This document shows positions 41,228 through 44,719 of a DNA stretch of 44,719 nt, one piece after another. The position numbers and the translations under genes are program-made. Below the pieces are notes generated by a model. It was not told the origin of the DNA. It saw nothing but the letters and a program-made list of their open reading frames with translations, and did no database searches. The stretch's first letter is position 1. Each line of letters starts with the position of its first letter. Source of the DNA: Candidatus Eiseniibacteriota bacterium (GTDB lineage Bacteria; Eisenbacteria; RBG-16-71-46); the NCBI GenBank assembly GCA_031370785.1, contig JANMQY010000007.1, forward strand, positions 1-44,719. Reading direction: 5' to 3'.

Positions 41228-43203
41228 AACGCAGGCTCGCCGCGCCGCGCGCGATCGGAGTGGACACGGGCGGCACCTTCACCGATTTCGTCGCGCTCGT
41301 TGGCCGGCGCCTGGTCACGCTCAAGCTGCCCTCGACGCCATTGGCGCCGGAGCGCGCCGTACTCGAGGGGCTGGCCCGGCTCGGGGCCGGTCGCGCGACG
41401 CACGTGCGCCACGGCTCGACGGTCGCGACCAATGCGCTTCTCGAGCGCAAGGGGGCGCGCGTCGTCTTCGTGACCACCGCCGGCTTCGAGGACCTGCTCG
41501 AGATCGGGCGGCAGGACCGGCCGGAGCTGTACGCGATCGCTCCCGCCCGGGTCGCGCCGCTGGTGCCGGCCGCGCGGCGCATCGGCGTGCGCGAGCGAAC
41601 TGGCCCCGACGGCGCCGCGCTCACGTCGCTCCCTCTGCGCGAGGCCGCGCGGGCGCGGCGTCGTGTCGCCGCGCTTCGCCCCGAGGCGATCGCGATCGGG
41701 CTACTGCACGCCTACGCGAACCCCGCCCACGAGCGCCGGCTCGAGCGGGCGCTGATCTCACTCGATGCGCCGATCACGCGGTCGTCGCTCCTCTGCCCTG
41801 AAATTCGCGAGTTCGAGCGCTTCGCGACCACGGTCACCAACGCGTACCTGATGCCGCGGGTCTCCGGCTATCTCACGCGCCTGGCGCGCGGCCATGCGGG
41901 GCCGCTCGAGATCGTGCTGTCGCACGGCGGCACCGCGCGGGTGCGGGATGCGGCGCGCGAGCCGGTGCGCCAGCTGCTCTCGGGCCCCGCCGCCGGGCTG
42001 CGCGCGGCGCGGGACGCCGCCCACGCCTGCGGATTCCCGAGCGCGCTTTCCCTCGATGTCGGCGGAACCTCGACCGACGTTGCGTTCGTCGAGCGCACGC
42101 TGCCGCGGCGTCGTGCCCGCGAAGTGGCCGGGTTCCCGGTGCTGCTCCCGGTGCTCGACGTGCACACGATCGGAGCGGGGGGTGGGTCGATCGCCGCGGT
42201 GGATGCGGGCGGATTGCTGCGCGTCGGTCCCGAAAGCGCGGGCGCGGCGCCAGGTCCCGCATGCTACGGGCGCGGTGGACCGGCCACGCTCACCGACGCG
42301 CTGGTCCATCTCGGCCGCATTCCCGGCGAAACCCTCGCCGGAGGCGCGCTTCGACTCGACCGCGCCGCGGCGGAGCGCGCGCTCGGCGCTCTCGCCCGCG
42401 CTCTGCATGCGGGAGATGCCGCGACCGCGGCGGAAGGCGTGGTTGCCGTCGCCGAGGCGCGCATGGAGGCGGCACTGCGTCGCGTCTCGGTCGAGCAGGG
42501 AAACGACCCGCGTGCCGCAGCGTTGGTCGCCTTCGGTGGCGCGGGCGGGCTTCACGCGTGCGCGCTGGCCACGGCGCTCGACTGTCGCGCGGTCGTGTTC
42601 CCGCGCGATGCCGGCGTGCTCTCGGCACTCGGCGCACTGGCCGGCGGCGCGCGCCGCGAGCGCAGCCGCTCGGTGCTGGTGGACGCCGCCGATGCGCTGC
42701 GCCTGGCCCGCGCCTTTGCGACGCTCGAGCGCGAGGTGCGCATCACGTTCTCGTCGCGCGAGCGCGTGCACCTCGTGATCGAGCGCGGATGCGAGATGCG
42801 CTATCGCGGGCAGTCGCACGAGCTGAGCGTGCCCGAAGGCGCGGACCGCGCCTCGCGATTCCACGCTGAGCACCAGCGCCGCTTCGGCTTCGCCGAGCCT
42901 GGCGCGCCGGTCGAGGTGGTCACCGTCGAGGTGCGAGCCGCGCTCCCCGCGGATCCGATCCCCGCCCCCGAGCGGTCCGGGCGCCGCGCCCGCGTCCGGC
43001 CCACGGCGAACGCGCCGGTGCACCACGATGGATCTCGCGTGCGCGCGGCGGTGTGGACGCGAGCGGCGCTCGATCCGGGCGCGCGCCTCGTGGGCCCGGC
43101 CATCGTCGCCGACGAGGGCGCGACCCTGTGGCTGCCACCAGGCTGGAGCGCGCGGGTTCATCCGACCGGCGCAATCGTCGCGACGCGAGCGGGTTCGCGA
43201 TGA
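41224..43203 (+). CDS. Hydantoinase/oxoprolinase family subunit A
   Basis: GTGA overlap; GVDTGGTFTD, HGSTVATNALLE, LLSGPAAG, DVGGTSTD, GAGGGS, GPACYG, FGGAGGLHA, MRYRGQSHE. Confidence 0.93.
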   Translation: MKRRLAAPRAIGVDTGGTFTDFVALVGRRLVTLKLPSTPLAPERAVLEGLARLGAGRATHVRHGSTVATNALLERKGARVVFVTTAGFEDLLEIGRQDRPELYAIAPARVAPLVPAARRIGVRERTGPDGAALTSLPLREAARARRRVAALRPEAIAIGLLHAYANPAHERRLERALISLDAPITRSSLLCPEIREFERFATTVTNAYLMPRVSGYLTRLARGHAGPLEIVLSHGGTARVRDAAREPVRQLLSGPAAGLRAARDAAHACGFPSALSLDVGGTSTDVAFVERTLPRRRAREVAGFPVLLPVLDVHTIGAGGGSIAAVDAGGLLRVGPESAGAAPGPACYGRGGPATLTDALVHLGRIPGETLAGGALRLDRAAAERALGALARALHAGDAATAAEGVVAVAEARMEAALRRVSVEQGNDPRAAALVAFGGAGGLHACALATALDCRAVVFPRDAGVLSALGALAGGARRERSRSVLVDAADALRLARAFATLEREVRITFSSRERVHLVIERGCEMRYRGQSHELSVPEGADRASRFHAEHQRRFGFAEPGAPVEVVTVEVRAALPADPIPAPERSGRRARVRPTANAPVHHDGSRVRAAVWTRAALDPGARLVGPAIVADEGATLWLPPGWSARVHPTGAIVATRAGSR

Positions 43204-44719
43204 GCCGGCGCGCGAATCGCAAAGGCGGCGTCGCCCGTTTTGATGGCGTCGCCCTCGCCCTCTACGAAGGGTTGTTCGCCTCGGTCGCCGAAGAGATGGG
43301 CACGACGCTGATGTGTACCGCGCATTCGCCGAACATCAAGGAGCGGCTCGACTATTCGTGCGCGGTGTTCGATGGGCGCGCGCGTCTGGTCGCTCAGGCC
43401 GCGCACATCCCGGTGCACCTCGGCAGCATGCCGGCCGCGGTCGAGGCGGCGCTTGCGCTCGGGCCGTTCGCGCCGGGAGATACGGTGGTGCTGAACGATC
43501 CGTTCGCGGGCGGTACGCATCTGCCCGATGTGACCCTGGTGAGCCCGGTGTTCCTCGCCGCGCGGCGCCCGGCATTCTTCGTGGCCAGCCGCGCGCACCA
43601 CGCCGACATCGGCGGCGCCTCGCCCGGTTCCATGCCGCTCGCGAGCGACGTCTACGCCGAGGGCCTGCGCATTCCTCCGATCTTTCTGGCGCGCGAGGGG
43701 CGCGTGGACCCGAACATCCTCGCGCTGGTGCTGGCCAACGTGCGGACGCCGGACGAGCGCCGGGCCGATCTCGCCGCACAGCTCGGCAGCCAGACCACCG
43801 GCGCGCGACGCCTGCACGAGCTGGCGCGGCGGGCGCCACCCGCGGAGCTCGAGCGCGCCGCGTCCGCGCTGATCGCGCACGGCGAACGCTGCGCGCGATC
43901 AGCGCTCGAGAAGCTGCCGCGCGGCACGTTCCGTTTCGCCGATGCGCTGGACGACGACGGCCTGGGGAGCGGCCCGGTGCGGATCGCCGTCACGCTCACC
44001 ATCAGAGCGGGCTGGCTGCGCGCGGACTTCGCCGGCTCCTCGCCCCAGGTGAACGGCCCGGTGAACGCGGTCGAGCCGGTCACGCGAGCCGCGACCTGGT
44101 ACGCGGTGCGGGTGGCGCTCGGGGAATCGTTGCCGATCAACGAGGGCGCCTTTCGCCGCATCGAGGTGATCGCGCCGCCCGGCAGTGTGGTCAATGCCCG
44201 CGCGCCGGCGGCGGTCGCCGCGGGCAACGTCGAGACATCGCAGCGTATCGTCGACGTGGTGCTGGGCGCGCTCGCGCGCGCGCTGCCGCGGCGCATTCCG
44301 GCGGCGAGCTATGGAACCATGAGCAATCTCCTGATCGGTGGGATCGATTCGCGGCGCACGGCGCCGTTCGCGTACTACGAGACGCTGGGCGGTGGGCACG
44401 GCGCGGGCCCGACGTGGGATGGCGAGTCCGCCATGCAGGCGCACATGACCAACACCCGCAATACTCCGATCGAGGCGCTCGAGCACGCCTATCCGCTGCG
44501 CGTGCGCTCGACCCGCATCCGGCGCGGGAGCGGCGGCGCGGGGTCGCACCGCGGCGGCGACGGGCTCGTGCGCGAGATCGAGCCGCTCGCGCGGGTGAGG
44601 GTCACGGTGATCAGCGACCGGCGCGTGTGCGCGCCTTACGGTCTGGCCGGCGGAGCGCCGGGTTCGATCGGACAAAACTCGGTACGCGGAACCGACGGTC
44701 GTTCGCGAGCACTCCCCGG
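43200..44719 (+). CDS. Hydantoinase B/oxoprolinase family subunit B; runs off the window
   Basis: Not in the ORF track. ATGA overlap; manual translation gives AEEMG, SPNIKERLDYSCA, HIPVHLG, NDPFAGGTHLPD, RAHHADIGG, HMTNTRNTPIE. Confidence 0.92.
   Translation, partial: MSRRANRKGGVARFDGVALALYEGLFASVAEEMGTTLMCTAHSPNIKERLDYSCAVFDGRARLVAQAAHIPVHLGSMPAAVEAALALGPFAPGDTVVLNDPFAGGTHLPDVTLVSPVFLAARRPAFFVASRAHHADIGGASPGSMPLASDVYAEGLRIPPIFLAREGRVDPNILALVLANVRTPDERRADLAAQLGSQTTGARRLHELARRAPPAELERAASALIAHGERCARSALEKLPRGTFRFADALDDDGLGSGPVRIAVTLTIRAGWLRADFAGSSPQVNGPVNAVEPVTRAATWYAVRVALGESLPINEGAFRRIEVIAPPGSVVNARAPAAVAAGNVETSQRIVDVVLGALARALPRRIPAASYGTMSNLLIGGIDSRRTAPFAYYETLGGGHGAGPTWDGESAMQAHMTNTRNTPIEALEHAYPLRVRSTRIRRGSGGAGSHRGGDGLVREIEPLARVRVTVISDRRVCAPYGLAGGAPGSIGQNSVRGTDGRSRALP

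Noticed and set aside
43158..44675. Several minus-strand ORFs at the end of the window
   Set aside because: Shadows of the plus-strand hydantoinase B gene, which the track omits because it has no stop within the window.

Overview
GC-rich chromosomal segment from a Gram-negative bacterium; the gene content (LptD, PorX-like regulator beside tsaE) suggests an FCB-related lineage such as Ca. Eisenbacteria, which is inference only. It is mostly housekeeping. In order: acpS, biotin carboxylase, biotin carrier and methylmalonyl-CoA mutase (minus strand); an ECF sigma/anti-sigma/Spy-like operon; tgt-yajC-def-fmt-rsmB-PASTA-rpe; ffh-rpsP; serS; a histidine kinase; porX-like-tsaE-tsaB/rimI-accD-folC-lptD; copA; cystathionine beta-synthase and gamma-lyase; two DUF4097 genes; hydantoinase/oxoprolinase A and B. 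I saw no mobile elements, CRISPR arrays, tRNA or rRNA. The standout is missed by the ORF track: a probable exported selenoprotein at 33310..34719. It has an in-frame TGA in a Cys-Gly-Sec motif, a SECIS-like hairpin, a degenerate 5'-nucleotidase (UshA-like) domain and a four-heme cytochrome c domain. Other observations: a shared ECF-type promoter before both DUF4097 genes, a 51-bp coding tandem repeat in rsmB, a small protein with ubiquitin-like residue spacing, an extended LptD, and an unassigned structured 5' leader.
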